The position numbers were made by a program, and so were the translations under genes. This document shows, in pieces, positions 63,536 to 64,000 of a DNA stretch of 64,000 bases. The first letter of the stretch is position 1; every line of letters begins with the position of its first letter. The DNA is from Candidatus Woesearchaeota archaeon. GTDB taxonomy: Archaea; Nanobdellota; Nanobdellia; Woesearchaeales; ARS49. Location: NCBI GenBank assembly GCA_016203445.1, contig JACQMS010000019.1:7473-71472 (forward strand), written 5' to 3'. Under the pieces are notes generated by a model. That model ran no database searches. It had not been told where the DNA came from and worked only from the letters and a program-made list of their open reading frames with translations.

Positions 63536-63690
63536 AAAGAAATTGCCTGAAAGTTCGCTATCCACACGGCAAGCCGATGTGGTATTACGCGAACTTTCTC
63601 GCTTCGCGACCGGCAATTTCTAATTTCAAAATTGGGTTACAGAAAATCGTGGCAAGCCACGGGACATTAAACCCAATTTTGAAATAAAAC
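63536..63690. promoter_or_regulatory. Nested-hairpin element in the lysS/trpS divergent intergenic region; candidate structured RNA
   Basis: Stems AGAAATTGCC/GGCAATTTCT and TGAAAGTTCGC/GCGAACTTTC enclose CCACAC-GGCAAGCC-GATGTGG. A second stem-loop follows, TTCAAAATTGGGTT…CGTGGCAAGCCACG…AACCCAATTTTGAA. Both hairpin tips display GGCAAGCC. Confidence 0.35.
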
Positions 63691-63707
63691 AAAAAAGGTG
63701 TTTGTGA

Positions 63708-64000
63708 ATGAATGATAATATTACGGGTATTGACGTGGACAAAGAAAGTGATTTCCATGGCACTGCCGGCTCTATTATCGATCCTTGGGGGTCTTCTCTT
63801 CCGGAATCTTATGAAAAAATGGTTAAAGATTTTGGGCTTGAGGTTTTTAACAAAGAATTATTTCCAAATCCTAACAGATTAATGAGAAGAGGAGTTGTTT
63901 TTGCAGGCAGAGACCTAAACGTTATTTCTAAATGTATAAGAGGGAAAAAACCTTATTATGTGTTAAGCGGTATAATGCCAACTTCTGAGAATATACATTT
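63708..64000 (+). CDS. trpS: Tryptophanyl-tRNA synthetase, N-terminal part (runs off the window end)
   Basis: 'IDPWGSSLPESYEKMVKDFGLEVFNKELF…LMRRGVVFAGRDLNVISKCIRGKKPYYVLSGIMPTSENIH' aligns with eukaryote/archaeal-type TrpRS ('VTPW…DYDKLIVRFG…RGIFFSHRD…KPFYLYTGRGPSSEAMH'). Confidence 0.7.
   Translation, partial: MNDNITGIDVDKESDFHGTAGSIIDPWGSSLPESYEKMVKDFGLEVFNKELFPNPNRLMRRGVVFAGRDLNVISKCIRGKKPYYVLSGIMPTSENIH

Overview
This is a low-GC, AT-rich window with compact genes, overlapping start/stop codons and TATA-like upstream boxes; it looks like a small-genome archaeon (DPANN-like), though that assignment is my inference. Genes I can identify from motifs:

- **Housekeeping:** thioredoxin (WCGPC), a membrane-anchored DsbA-like oxidoreductase (CPFC), SRP54, dihydrofolate reductase, class II lysyl-tRNA synthetase, the 5' part of a eukaryote/archaeal-type tryptophanyl-tRNA synthetase, an Lhr-type helicase, a RimK ATP-grasp ligase with a retropepsin-like protease, and a family-2 glycosyltransferase with a DUF1003 protein.
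- **RNA genes:** two tRNAs folded by hand, Pro(CGG) and Ser(GGA).
- **Toxin-antitoxin (TA)-like modules:** Doc followed by a ribbon-helix-helix (RHH) protein in reversed order, a VapBC pair, a RelB/RelE-like pair, an orphan YoeB/RelE-like gene, and two paralogous pairs of a winged helix-turn-helix (wHTH)-nucleotidyltransferase (NTase) fusion with a HEPN protein.

The most striking content is two paralogous cassettes, at 16031-27683 on the + strand and 38635-47380 on the - strand. Each encodes a membrane-anchored protein of about 700 aa that is translationally coupled (ATGA overlaps) to giant secreted repeat proteins of 1074, 2077 and 1956 aa. Together they take up about 30% of the window. They have no recognisable known domains beyond Ig/FN3-like repeats, and likely form a surface or host-interaction apparatus.

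Other unexplained signals:

- A family of hairpin-forming intergenic repeats at three loci.
- A CCGGAAnTTTCCGG palindrome cluster flanking folA.
- A tRNA-Ser preceded by three copies of its own 5' end.
- A nested-hairpin element between lysS and trpS.
- A possible acquired islet next to tRNA-Pro, containing an Fe-S Cas4-like nuclease, a DUF1016 nuclease and unknown proteins.

I found no rRNA, CRISPR array, integrase or transposase.
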